From an uncultured Planctomycetota bacterium (GTDB taxonomy: Bacteria > Planctomycetota > Planctomycetia > Isosphaerales > Isosphaeraceae): 64,000 nt of DNA. The notes below the pieces were generated by a model. The model did not search any database. It saw only the letters and a program-made list of their open reading frames with translations, and was not told the origin of the DNA. Position numbers and translations under genes: made by a program. Positions 53,621 through 64,000 of this stretch are shown here, piece by piece. The stretch lies in NCBI GenBank assembly GCA_963823665.1, contig CAWGMQ010000011.1, forward strand, positions 256,001-320,000, written 5' to 3'. Position 1 is the first letter of the stretch, and every line of letters starts with the position of its first letter.

Positions 53621-56256
53621 CTGACGTTCCGCACATCTGCCCCTGATTATCTCCGAATTACCGCCGCCCAAGTCAGTCGACGAGGGCTGGGCAGCGCCGA
53701 TTACACCGAGGCTGGCCCAGGGACGCGATGTGACTCGCGGCCGCACGGCCATTGCCTCGCGCACGCGTCCGGTGTGATCGCCGCGGTTCGCGCCCGCTCG
53801 CCGGTAGGCCACTACACCAAGACTCCCTGCCTGACATCGACATCTTCTCGTCAAGTCAAGCCTAACCGCAGTGTCCAATTCCACGAGCCAGAAATTTCTG
53901 TAATTCTTCAGTTGGCCGATCTTCGACGTAAGTCTCGCCGAGTGTGACAACCCAAGTAGCCAGTCGAGAACATCTTTGTCCTTCCCCCAGAGAAAGAGCT
54001 GTTTTTCTCGGGAAAAAGCGCTTCTCGAAATCACCAAGCGCGATTTGACCAACCGTTTGTCGAAATCGAGTCCCGACGTAGGTCCAATTCGACGCGACTT
54101 ACGTCAAATTACAACATCATACTTAAGGTGGCGGAATCCGTGGATGCCTTGAAGATTTCTCCTCCAGGACAATCATGTCCGCAGGAATCTCGGCGAGACA
54201 GTCGCTCTGCTTCATGTGTCCAGAGCGGCCCCAGCGTATCTTGTCTATGCCGATCACACGCGTTCCTAAGGAGCAACACGGATGCAGAAGCCCAAGAAAC
54301 GACACGTTCCTTCTTCGACTGTCCCCCCACGCCCCGGTGAGATCGCTCGCGCCAAGGGACAGGCTCTTAGCTCGTACCGAATCGACGCCCTACCTGTCGT
54401 CAGTCAACTCCTCGAACGCATGCGCCTCGACGAGTTTCTCCGATCGTATCTCCCACGCGCCGATCGGCGCTGCCGAATCGCTCCTACGCTGGGAATCTCG
54501 CTCCTGCTCAAAAATGTTCTCCTCTCCCGCGAGCCTTTGTACGGCATCGGAGAATGGGCGGCGAGGTTTGCTCCTGAGGCACTCGGCTTCAACGACAGCC
54601 AACTGCCTTCTCTCAACGACGACCGGATAGGACGCTGTCTCGATCGCTTGTTCCAAAGCGATATCACCTCATTGGTCCTGGCGCTGGTGGCCCATGTGAT
54701 CAAAGAATTCGACGTGGACCTCGACGAGCTCCACAACGACTCCACCACCATCACCTTCCATGGTGCATACGCTGACGCGGCCAAGGAAGAAATGCGGGGC
54801 AAACGGACCAGGATGGCGATCACCTGGGGTTACAACAAGGATCATCGCCCAGACCTTAAGCAACTACTTTACATCCTCACAGTGGCCAAGGACGGTGCCG
54901 TTCCGTTGTACTTCCAGGTTGCCAGCGGCAACGTGGCGGACGATCAAACCCACCGCGCTACCTGGGATCTTCTCTGTCGCCTGACGGGAAGGCGAGATTT
55001 CCTCTACGTCGCGGACTGCAAGCTGGCCAGCGCCGAGAACATGGCCCATATCCATCAACGCCAAGGCCGGTTTTTAACCGTGCTGCCGCGGACTCGGTCA
55101 GAGGACGGCATCTTCCGAGACTCACTCGGCAGTGGCCAGATCCAGTGGCGGCACATCCATGACAAGCGAAATGACGACGGCAAGATTGTGGATAAGTACT
55201 CGATCTCCGAGCCGGGTTCGCTGAGCGTCGAAGGATACCGACTGGTTTGGTACCACAGTACGCGCAAAGCCGAGCAGGATTCCCATGCGCGTCATCAACA
55301 GGTCGAAAGAGCCTTGATCGAATTGTCGGAGCTGCGTTTGAAGCTCTCATCTCCGCGGACGCGGTTTCGACAAGAGGCGAAGGTTGTGGATGCCGTTCAG
55401 GAAATCCTCCGGGCGCAGGGCGCTGAGAATTGGATCGTCACGGAGATCAAAGAGCGAACCGAGGAGAGGTTCCGCCAGGACCGGCGAGGTCGACCGAATG
55501 ATCAAACGCGATACGTCAGGAAGACGAGCACTCGCTTCGAGCTGGCGTATCACATCGATCACGAGAGACTCGTCGCGGAAACGGCGGGTGACGGAGTCTT
55601 CCCTTTGATCACGAACGACCATTCACTGTCGGGCTTGGAAATGTTGCTGGCCTACAAGGGCCAGCCGGCACTGGAGAAACGGTTTTCGCACTTGAAGACG
55701 GACTTCGAAGTCGCCCCGGTTTATCTTAAGGAGGCCAGCCGGATTCAGGCGTTGCTCTGTGTCTATTTTCTGGTGCTCCTGGCTGAATCGCTACTCGAAC
55801 GCGAGCTGCGTCGTGCCATGGACCGCGAGGCGATTGAAAGCCTGCCTCTGTATCCAGAAAGTCGGAAGTGTCGCCATCCCACAGCTCGTCGGCTGATCGA
55901 CCTGTTCGAGGATGTGCAACGGCACTCGCTGCAAGTCGGACGGCGACCGTCAGTGGTTTTCACAACTCAATTGAGCCGGCTGCAACGGCAGGTGCTGCGT
56001 CTGCTTGGTATGTCGAAAGTCTACGATGGCTGATTTGGTCAGCCAGCGTGCGACTGTTCTCGACGGCGCTGAACCGCAAGACATAAGCGTGAGCGGATAA
56101 CAACTCTTGCGATAGTCAAGCAGTCGAGCCCTCAAATCGACCATGGGTTGCGAGCGGTAATCGACTGCTGACTTGCGTGAGAGACCCCCAGCGCCTGCCC
56201 GATTTACCGCCGGGCGATATTCCGGGATAATCAAGGGCAGATGTGCGGAACGTCAG
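53621..56256 (+). mobile_element. IS1634-family insertion sequence (2636 bp)
   Basis: IR CTGACGTTCCGCACATCTGCCC(C/T)TGATTATC at both ends; 6-bp direct repeat ATTCAT at 53615 and 56257. Confidence 0.9.
54282..56033 (+). CDS. IS1634-family DDE transposase
   Basis: LNDDRIGRCLD, HNDSTT..F.G.Y, GYNKDHRPDLKQ, YVADCKL, YKGQ..LEKRF..LK, PVYLK...RI.AL. Confidence 0.92.
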   Translation: MQKPKKRHVPSSTVPPRPGEIARAKGQALSSYRIDALPVVSQLLERMRLDEFLRSYLPRADRRCRIAPTLGISLLLKNVLLSREPLYGIGEWAARFAPEALGFNDSQLPSLNDDRIGRCLDRLFQSDITSLVLALVAHVIKEFDVDLDELHNDSTTITFHGAYADAAKEEMRGKRTRMAITWGYNKDHRPDLKQLLYILTVAKDGAVPLYFQVASGNVADDQTHRATWDLLCRLTGRRDFLYVADCKLASAENMAHIHQRQGRFLTVLPRTRSEDGIFRDSLGSGQIQWRHIHDKRNDDGKIVDKYSISEPGSLSVEGYRLVWYHSTRKAEQDSHARHQQVERALIELSELRLKLSSPRTRFRQEAKVVDAVQEILRAQGAENWIVTEIKERTEERFRQDRRGRPNDQTRYVRKTSTRFELAYHIDHERLVAETAGDGVFPLITNDHSLSGLEMLLAYKGQPALEKRFSHLKTDFEVAPVYLKEASRIQALLCVYFLVLLAESLLERELRRAMDREAIESLPLYPESRKCRHPTARRLIDLFEDVQRHSLQVGRRPSVVFTTQLSRLQRQVLRLLGMSKVYDG

Positions 56257-57527
56257 ATTCATGCAGCGTGATTGCGCTATTTCTCGGCCTAATTCAACTC
56301 GGAGTCTCGTTGCGTGCAACGAGCCGAGTGCTGGATTTCTTTGCCAGGTTCTTCGACCTGCCGTTCTCTGCTCCAGACTGGACCACAGGCCGCATGTGGT
56401 TGCTTCGGTTTGGCCTGGCTCAATTGACCGCGACCAAGGAACAGGCTGACGACTGGGTCTGGCAAATTGATCATTCGGTCCAGATCGGCAAGCAGAAAGT
56501 TCTGGCAATCCTGGGAATCCGGTTAGTCGATTTGCCAATGCCCGAGCGGCCCCTGCGTTCCGAGGATATGGTCTTAATCGATCTGGTGCCGATGATAACA
56601 TACTCGCGAGCGGACGTCGCTGAGCGTCTCGAGGAGGTGACTGCCCGGACGACTGTTCCTCGCGCAATCGTCGACGATCACGGTGTCGACCTGAATGGCG
56701 GCGTGCAAATCTTTCAACAGAGCCACCCGGAGACCGTGGAAATCTACGACGCTAAACACAAGGCGGCATGCCTGCTGAAATCGCGATTAGAAAAGAACCC
56801 GCGTTGGATGAGTTTCTGTACGCGAGTGGGACAAGCACGCTGCGCAATCCAGCAAACAGAATTGGGAGCGTTGGCACCACCAGGCCCCAAGCCGAAGGCG
56901 CGGTTTATGAACCTCGAGGGGCAATTGAACTGGGCCGACAAGATTCTCGGCCTTCTCGATAGTGTTCCGGGATCGATGCCATCTTGGTGCACGCCAGAAC
57001 GGCTGGAAGAGAAACTTGGCTGGGTGCGCGAGTTTCGCGACGACTTGGCTCAGTGGCGGGAGTGGCAAGCAATCATGGACACGACCGTCGGTTTTGTGGC
57101 GAGCGAAGGCATCCACGTGAAGGCAGCCCGCATGTTGAGCAGGAAGCTACGCCCTCTGGCACAAACCGCTGAGGGACTTCGATTCGCGGCAGACTTGGTC
57201 AAGTTCGTAAAACAACAAACGAAAAAGGCAAAGCCGGGCGAGCGCTTGCCAGGCAGTACCGAAGTGTTGGAGTCGTGCTTTGGGAGGTTTAAGAATCTGG
57301 AGAAAGACCAAGCGAAGGGGGGATTTACAAGTTTGTTGCTGGGATTCGGCACGTTGTTCGCCGAAGTGACCGTTGATACCGTGAAGGAAGCCATGCGCGC
57401 TGTGGGAACGAACGGAATCAGAGAGTGGTGTGCGAAGCATCTCGGACAGACGCTATTTTCGCAACGAAAAGAGGCCTTTGGTATAGCTGCGAATGCGCAA
57501 CAAAAACTGGCAGAACCAGCCGTATGA
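56257..57527 (+). pseudogene. 3' part (catalytic region) of the outer IS transposase
   Basis: VSLRA, WLLRFG, DHSVQIG..K.L.ILG, DHG.DL, YD.KHK.A.LLK, KARFMN, STEVLESCFG.FK; joins in frame as DHGYS|CSVIALF once the IS1634 is removed. Confidence 0.8.
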
Positions 57528-57560
57528 TATGCTCAGTGCTATTCGTCAGCCCAGAGCAAC

Positions 57561-57929
57561 TCACGGGCGAGGCAGCACCGCTCTGTGGTCGTCGTGAAGA
57601 ACATCTTGCATCTGCTCCAATTCAACGATTCGGGCGTAGAGCCGGGCGCTGTGTCGATGAAACTGCCATGCAGTCAAGGTGCTCATCAGGGCCATGGAGA
57701 TGAGCAGGACGCAGTTGGCGATTGCCAGGGCCGCGACAACCCTATTGCACAGGCACCATCTCCAGAGCCGCTCGACCGCGCTCCATTTTGCCATAGCACG
57801 AGCGCACTCGGCACACCATTGTTCAATCCCTCGATTGCCGACCTGGATCCAGCCGGAGGGTGGGCCGTAGCCCACACGAACCTCCTGCTTACCGCACGCG
57901 TCGCATTTCCATTGGCATGTTGCACTCAT
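57561..57929 (-). CDS. Hypothetical protein with CxxC pairs and a TM segment
   Basis: CDAC...CAEC, then a hydrophobic segment and short coiled coil. Confidence 0.45.
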   Translation of the reverse strand: MSATCQWKCDACGKQEVRVGYGPPSGWIQVGNRGIEQWCAECARAMAKWSAVERLWRWCLCNRVVAALAIANCVLLISMALMSTLTAWQFHRHSARLYARIVELEQMQDVLHDDHRAVLPRP

Positions 57930-58066
57930 GGTACCCGCTCCAGCAACGCGGCTGCGCATCCAATTAAGACCGTTCGATCCCAGACACGGCCCGCGTATCT
58001 CCATCTTCGTTTTCTGCTATTCCTGGAAGTACGTATCGGCAGCTCCCTTGCCTCTCCGACCAGTGG

Positions 58067-58510
58067 TCAAAGCGCCAGCGAGGGATCCTCCAAGGCTGGT
58101 TCCGGCACCGGCGGGTCGGGCGCGATCGACTCCCATGGGTAAATCGAACCGAGTTCGTATTTTGACACAAGCTCATGGTAGTAATCTGCCACACGATCCT
58201 CAAATCTCACCAGTTGCCCCAGGTATTTCTGCGCCCGCTCGTTCTGGCGAACAATGCGCAGATCATGCTCATCGCGCGCCTGTTTGCGCTGTTGCTCAAT
58301 GCTCATCCCGAACACAATCTGGTTATGTAAACCTGCTGCTCTATTCCGGTGATACTGTTCAAGACGAAAGAACTCGGCCGCTTTTGTCCGATAGAAAGCC
58401 GCCTTCGGGCCGTCGCGCATGACCCCCACCCAGACGCGAATCCCACTCGCGATCACCGCGACAAGACACATCGCCGCCAGAACGGTCACACGCGGACGCG
58501 ACCATCGCAT
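58067..58510 (-). CDS. Hypothetical planctomycete-type membrane-anchored protein
   Basis: PRVTV...M.LVAVIA N-terminus and YY..L..KY....YPW..IAPDPP.PE C-terminus. Confidence 0.7.
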   Translation of the reverse strand: MRWSRPRVTVLAAMCLVAVIASGIRVWVGVMRDGPKAAFYRTKAAEFFRLEQYHRNRAAGLHNQIVFGMSIEQQRKQARDEHDLRIVRQNERAQKYLGQLVRFEDRVADYYHELVSKYELGSIYPWESIAPDPPVPEPALEDPSLAL

Positions 58511-58620
58511 ACCGGTTGTCTCACGCGAACAACGAAGAACAACAAGCCGATCCGTTGGTGTTACACCTGATGAGCCCGAAAGTCCCGCCGCTCAATGCCG
58601 TCTGAACCCCACAGCATCGC

Positions 58621-59136
58621 TCACGCGCCACCACCAAGCAGCTTCACAAACGCCCACGCCAGCACGATCACCGTGACGGCCCCCGACCCGAACGCCGCCA
58701 CCAGCACGCCGGCTGCGGCAATCTCGCGTGCAGTCTTCAACATCGGCTCCTCAGGGTCGCCCACGGCTCGCGCCAGCGTGTCAACCGCGCTGTGGGAAAG
58801 CTCGGCGATCAAGACCAGACAGGCGCCGACGACCAGCAGACACCACCCGCGCTGATCGACGCCCAGGAGCGCGGCGGTGATCACAATCAGCGTTCCCCGG
58901 TAGCCGTGCGCAAAGAAGCTCGAATCGCCCCGGATCGCCGACTTGAGCCCTCGCCAGCCCGCGGCCAGTTTGCCGCGCGCGTTCCCCCGATCGGCGTGGG
59001 CGGTCGGTTCCGACGGCTCCTCTTCGGTCCAGTCGCGCTCGACATAACCGGGGGGCACGGGCAGCGACAGCGGCCGGCTCGCCTCGCCCTCCACGTCTGC
59101 CACGCCGGTCTCGCCGGGCCGTCCTGGGTCGATCAT
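58621..59136 (-). CDS. dgkA: Diacylglycerol kinase family protein
   Basis: AGWRGL..A...DSSF..H, VLIAELSHSAVD.L, AREIAAAGVLV. Confidence 0.75.
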   Translation of the reverse strand: MIDPGRPGETGVADVEGEASRPLSLPVPPGYVERDWTEEEPSEPTAHADRGNARGKLAAGWRGLKSAIRGDSSFFAHGYRGTLIVITAALLGVDQRGWCLLVVGACLVLIAELSHSAVDTLARAVGDPEEPMLKTAREIAAAGVLVAAFGSGAVTVIVLAWAFVKLLGGGA

Positions 59137-59198
59137 GGCTGTCACCCTCGCGACTCGACAGAACACAACACCGCACAATTCGACGCGACCGCCGTGGC

Positions 59199-62100
59199 TT
59201 ACTGGGTGGGAGCAAATCGCGTGTCAACCTGGCTGTTGCCCGCGGCCGATCCCGACCTCATGCCGCCAATTCGCGGAACGATCTGAACCGCGAACGTGTA
59301 GGCGTTCATACGCTGCGGGTCGACGGACAGCCCGATCGTCGTCAAGTAATCGGCCCCGATCCGAGTGAATGAGAACATCGATGCGAGCAGAATTGCGTCG
59401 CCGAAGTCGTATGACGTCGAATAAGTACCATACCACTTGGGTGAGAGCCAATAGCTGATCGACACGTTGGCCGCCGAGGTCTTGATCGGCCCGGTGTCGA
59501 TGATGGAGTAGCCAAAGTAGAGGTTTGCCCGCGGCGGACGGCTGATCGAAACGCCGGAGGTGATGATGTTCAGGCCGTTCGGGTTGTAGCCGGTCGTCAT
59601 GTTGTTGTTGAGCGGCGAGCTGCCAACCAGCTTGAAAAACTCGAACCAGCCTGCCGAGACGATGCTGGTGCGGTCGCCGATATACCACTGCCAGTTGTAC
59701 ATCGTTTGGCCCCACGGCGTGCCGAAGTTGTCGCGCTGCGCATAGGGAAAATACGTCGTGGAGGCATCCAGCGTCATGTAATCCACGATCCGCCGCTTGC
59801 CCACCGGCCCCCGCTTGGTTTGCAGGCGCTGGTGAATGCCCAGTTGCACCGTGTCGATCGAGCCCTGAATGTCGGTCGTGCCCGTGATCGGCGAGAGCGT
59901 CTGACGCAGAAGCAGGTGCCTCGGATCATAAGGAAACGGCAAGAGCCCGCCGGTGAAGCTCGTGAGTGCAAGATAGCGCCGCACGTATTCGTACGTGTTG
60001 TCGTCCAGATCGTCCTGTACGGCGATGCTGTTGAGCCTCTGATTCGACCACGCGAGGCGGCTATCGGTGAACAGGCTGATCTTGTTGTTGAGCCCGTGCA
60101 CGTTCCAGAGATCGCTCTCCACCCACGGATACAACTTGTAAGCGGTGAACTCCGTGCGAATTCCCGCACCCCCCCAGGCTCTTCCCATCGCACCGTTTGG
60201 AAGATGGCCGAGCGGTCCGCCACCGAGCTGGTCCGACCAGCCCACGAGCTGGCCCTGGACGTAAGGCACCACGCGGAAGACGTTGCCCAGGTTGAGCGGC
60301 ATGTCCAGCTCGTGATTGGTGTAGAATCGTCCCGCTGAAAACGTCCCGGTCGTATTCGAGATCGGGTCAAACGGGAGAAACGCGAACAGGTTGGGATTAT
60401 TCACCATGATGTCGGTGTGCGTGACGGCGTAGTCGGCGCCCGAGTGCTGGAAGTAGCTGAACAGATTGTTGAAGAACGAATCGCCCAGGCGATAGTAATC
60501 GGCCCGCGGCAGCCACTGGGTGTCTGTTACCCAGTTCTGCAGGTTGCCTTCGGTCCAGATGGTGGCGACCTGGTTGTTCTTCTGCCAGATCCCGTAGGCG
60601 AGCGTTTCCTGGTCCATTCCGGTGTCGAATAGCCGCTTGAAATACTCTTCGATGAAGTTTCGGTCCGACGCGGTGCCGACTTCGAGCTGGAGCCGCATTT
60701 CCTCGAAGAGGTGATCATCGTCTTCGGGCAGGAATCGCTGATTGTGGCGGAAGGTCAGCCGTTCCCGATCGGCTTGAAACGGCGGGTCCGACGAGCGCTG
60801 GAACCCGGCCTTGCCGGCTCCCGCCGGGCCGTTGGTCACGATCGCCGGCCCCGTGCCGAGTACGTCGATCCCGGCGTCCTGGAGCCCCCAGATGTCGAAA
60901 AAGCCCCAGTAGTTCTGGGTGATATGGTCGGGGCCAATGGGCTTCTCTCGATACGGATCCTGCAGGTCGCGGATCAGGTCAGAGCCGTACCATCCCGCCT
61001 CGCTTCCCAGCGCCGGAAAGTTCTTCGTTCGTTTGCTCAGGTAGTCGACGTCGACATTCCACAGATCGACGAACTTGGGCTTGCGCATGCCGAGCAGCCG
61101 GAAGCCGTTCCAGTCGGTCGTCAAATACTGGCCGAAGTAATTGACCGTGTTGAAGCCGATCATCCGCAACACGGGCTGCTGATCGTCGAGGTCTTCGTTG
61201 ATCCTCGGCCAGAAGAAAAGTGGAAGCGGGCCGCCCCAGTAGAAGACCTGCCGCGCGTCGAGGTTCCAGACCTGCTCCTCCTTGGCCGGAGCGGGTTTAT
61301 CGGGATCGTTGTCCTCCTGGCCCGTGTCGGGATTGGTGAGTGGCCGGGTTTTCCGGGTCAGATCCATCGTCTTGGCACTGAGCGAGTATCCAGGATTGGG
61401 AAAGCGGCTGCCCGTCATGAGCGCGCTGGGCAGCCGGATCTCGGGATCCTCGGCGAGAGTGAACGTGCCGTTGGGCAACATGACGGGACGCCGAAACTGC
61501 TCGATCCGCGGCGACGACATCCGGACCGGCGCCAGCAGCGACGGAACAAACATGTCGATCTCGCCGTTCGGCGCCAGCATGCGGTCCGTGAGGAAATCAT
61601 AGTAGAGCTGCGGCGCGCGCACGGTCCGCTGGTCGCCCTTGCCGGCATACTTGTTCTCGTCTTGTCGCAGGATCACGTTGCCTTCGAGATAGACTTCCAT
61701 CGGCTGGTGTGCATCGTCGACGAACAGATCGCCCGCCGGGGATTTGAAGGGCGCTCCCTTCGCGGGGCTTTTGCCGCGCCAGATGATGGCCGCGTCGGCC
61801 TCGATGTCGATGATTCCGAATTTTGGCGCCTGTGTGACGATGTTGACGCCGTTGCGCACGATATATGTTTCCGCGCCGTCCGGCGACGTGGCCAGCTTGT
61901 GCAAGTCGAGCGGTTGCCCGCTGCGGCTGAAGATCCTCGTCACCCGCTGGCTGCCGGGAACGATGGGCACACCGGGCAGCTCCGCCTCGGGGCGGTCCTC
62001 CACCTCGGTGCGCGGCTGATCCGGCAAGTCGGGCACCGTCACCGCTCCGTCGGCACCTGGCAGCGGTTGCAGGTCCACCGGCGGCCGTTGTTGCGCTCCT

Positions 62101-63062
62101 GGCGTGAGATTGGGAACCTGGACATCCGGCGCTCCTTCGATCGGAGGCAGGTCGATGATGGGCGGCTGCGTGTTGGTCGGCGGCACTTGCTGCGCGGCCG
62201 TCTGCTCCACTTGCGGGTCGGCCGTCCGCGCCGCGCTCTGCCCTGCCGGCGTCGCGGCGGATGTTCGACCACCCGAGGTTCCGGCCCGCTGCACCATCGC
62301 GTCGCGCTTGGGCGCCGGGGCCCGCTCGATCGGGCACTCGCCGCCGGTGGATCAGGCTTCACCGGCGGGCTGGAAACCAATGGCGGCACAGGGTCGTCGG
62401 ACTGATTGCGCACAATCGCCTGCGTCGGGATCACCGGCACGCTTGCCCGCGCACCAGCGGACGGCCCGGCCTTGGTTGCCGGCCGCCGGATCAGGGCATC
62501 GAGATGAGAATCGATCGTCGAGGAATCCTGGTCCCGTGCCCGGCGCGTCGGCACAGGCCTGGCTGGCTTCGTTTCTCGCAGCCCGGAGCGCTTGATGATC
62601 TGCAACTGCCAGAGAGGGGTCTTGGCCTCACTCGGGCCGCTTCGATCGAAAGACTTGAGCCGGAGCTCACTCGTTCGCAATGTGGCCCGCCCGAGCGCGT
62701 TGCGGCGGCGAGTCTTCGCGCGCCGGGCGCACCAGTCCCTCGGCGTAAACCTCGACCAGCTTGATCTTTTCGAACTCCGTCGATTCCTCGCTGATGCGGA
62801 CGACCGCTTCCCGCGCGCGTACGACGGGTCGAGACCCGTGCAGCACCGAGACATTGCCCCAGAGGTGAACCCAGTGTCCGTCGGGCCCGTTCCAGTGCGT
62901 GACGCGGTCAGCCGCCAGCGCGACCGGGTCCCTAAGCTGGCGCCGCGTCGCTTCGTCGAGCGCATCCTGCGCCGCCACGGCGCGCAGCGAGATCGCTGCG
63001 AGGACGAGCCCGAACCAGACGCCGCGAGGCGGGTATCGACGGGAACGGTCGTACCCTGGCAC
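59199..63062 (-). CDS. lptD: LptD/OstA-like outer-membrane LPS assembly protein; frameshifts near 62685 and 62320
   Basis: VYLEGNV.L, A.QLYYD, PLFFWP, DYLSKR, SDRNFIEEYF, QRLQTKRG; signal peptide after GTG 63062 with GGAGG. Confidence 0.75.
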
Positions 63063-63418
63063 TGTTCCTCCCTGACTACGGGCCCCGGTTCGCTCTCGGC
63101 TCGCGTGCCCGGTGCGACCTGCGAACGACCGGCGCTGCGCCCTCTCAAGACCGTGGGAATTGCCCGGCCGCACGCCTGACGAACCCAACGGCCGGCGACG
63201 ACCCGCGCACAGAGGCGCGTTCGCCGCTCCCTGCCGGCACAACCCGGGGAGGCAAGCTCGCCGTACCCGGGCCTGAACACGTTTTTCAAGCACAAGACAT
63301 GCAAATGACGGGACAATCGGCCGGGAAGATACCCCCAAACGAGTTTCCGGTCAAGGTCACCGGGACGCTCTGTCGGCACGCCACAATTCGCCGCGCCTGT
63401 CATGGCGCGTTGAGCGGT

Positions 63419-63679
63419 TCAAGCGACCGAGCTCCAGATTTCTTCGACCTCGTCGTAGTCCTTGCTAGCTTCGATGCAATAGCACTTCGTCGGGTCTGGC
63501 TCAGCCTGCCGCAAGCTCGTTGAAACTTCTCGCCAGGAATCCGCCACGACGACTACTTGTCCATTGGCGATCCCTACGAGCTTCCCCGCGTACGGCGATG
63601 TCGGGTCCCGTCGTGCCTCTTGATTGATCTGACGAGCGAGCGCCGCATTGGCCGACGCAACTGAACCGTTTCGACTCAT
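63419..63679 (-). CDS. Small hypothetical protein, DUF5678-like
   Basis: YAGKLVGIANGQVVVVADS motif. Confidence 0.55.
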   Translation of the reverse strand: MSRNGSVASANAALARQINQEARRDPTSPYAGKLVGIANGQVVVVADSWREVSTSLRQAEPDPTKCYCIEASKDYDEVEEIWSSVA

Positions 63680-63936
63680 GATTTCCAGTCCTGCGTACTG
63701 GCGAGCATGAAGCGAGCCGTTTTGACGGCCGCTCCGCTCGTCCCTCTGGCCCATTGTAGCATAACGAGGCATGCCGGCGCCCCTCGACGGCCTTTTTCTT
63801 CCCTCGTTACGACGCTCCGCGTCGTAACGTTCATCCAGCCGCTCCGCGGCGAGCACAACTGCAACACAGCACGCCGTCGCCTGGCGTCATGATATTCGGT
63901 AAACTGCGGATCTCACCCACAACGAGGGAGGCTGTC

Positions 63937-64000
63937 ATGCCGTGCTTCACGCCGGGCGAGCGAAAAGTCGTGCGGGGAGCGTTCGTGGTCTTGCTCCTCG
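63937..64000 (+). CDS. Start of an unidentified gene, truncated by the window end
   Basis: GGAGG then ATG; MPCFTPGERKVVRGAFVVLLL. Confidence 0.4.
   Translation, partial: MPCFTPGERKVVRGAFVVLLL

Larger units (their letters stand above)
53147..57556 (+). mobile_element. Unclassified IS (1768 bp without the insert) interrupted by an IS1634-family element
   Basis: Terminal IR CTCTGGGCTGA at 53147 and its complement ending at 57556; 3-bp direct repeat CAA at 53144 and 57557. Confidence 0.8.

Overview
GC-rich bacterial DNA with a gene repertoire typical of Planctomycetota, most like Isosphaeraceae/Singulisphaera relatives (DUF1501, DUF1549/DUF1553, DUF1559, LEPR-XLL secreted proteins). The taxon is inferred from these families. 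Probable core blocks are an LPS/lipid operon and a DUF1549/1553-DUF1501 locus (4.9-16.3 kb), DUF2760-Hsp70 (49.5-52.3 kb) and dgkA-lptD (58.6-63.1 kb). Between them are mosaic accessory regions (16.3-49.3 and 52.4-58.5 kb). These hold secreted repeat proteins, a Ser/Thr kinase, mostly decayed toxin-antitoxin modules, orphan immunity-type genes, RAYT/IS4/WD40 gene remnants, REP-like and ~340-bp tandem repeats, a FAD2-like desaturase, a protein of five ~73-aa repeats, a phospholipase C-YegP fusion, and an IS1634 nested in an unclassified IS. Many genes carry single-base frameshifts, probably consensus errors, so split ORFs are joined where the motifs continue. No rRNA, tRNA or CRISPR array was recognised. 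All family calls come from motif recognition, not database searches.
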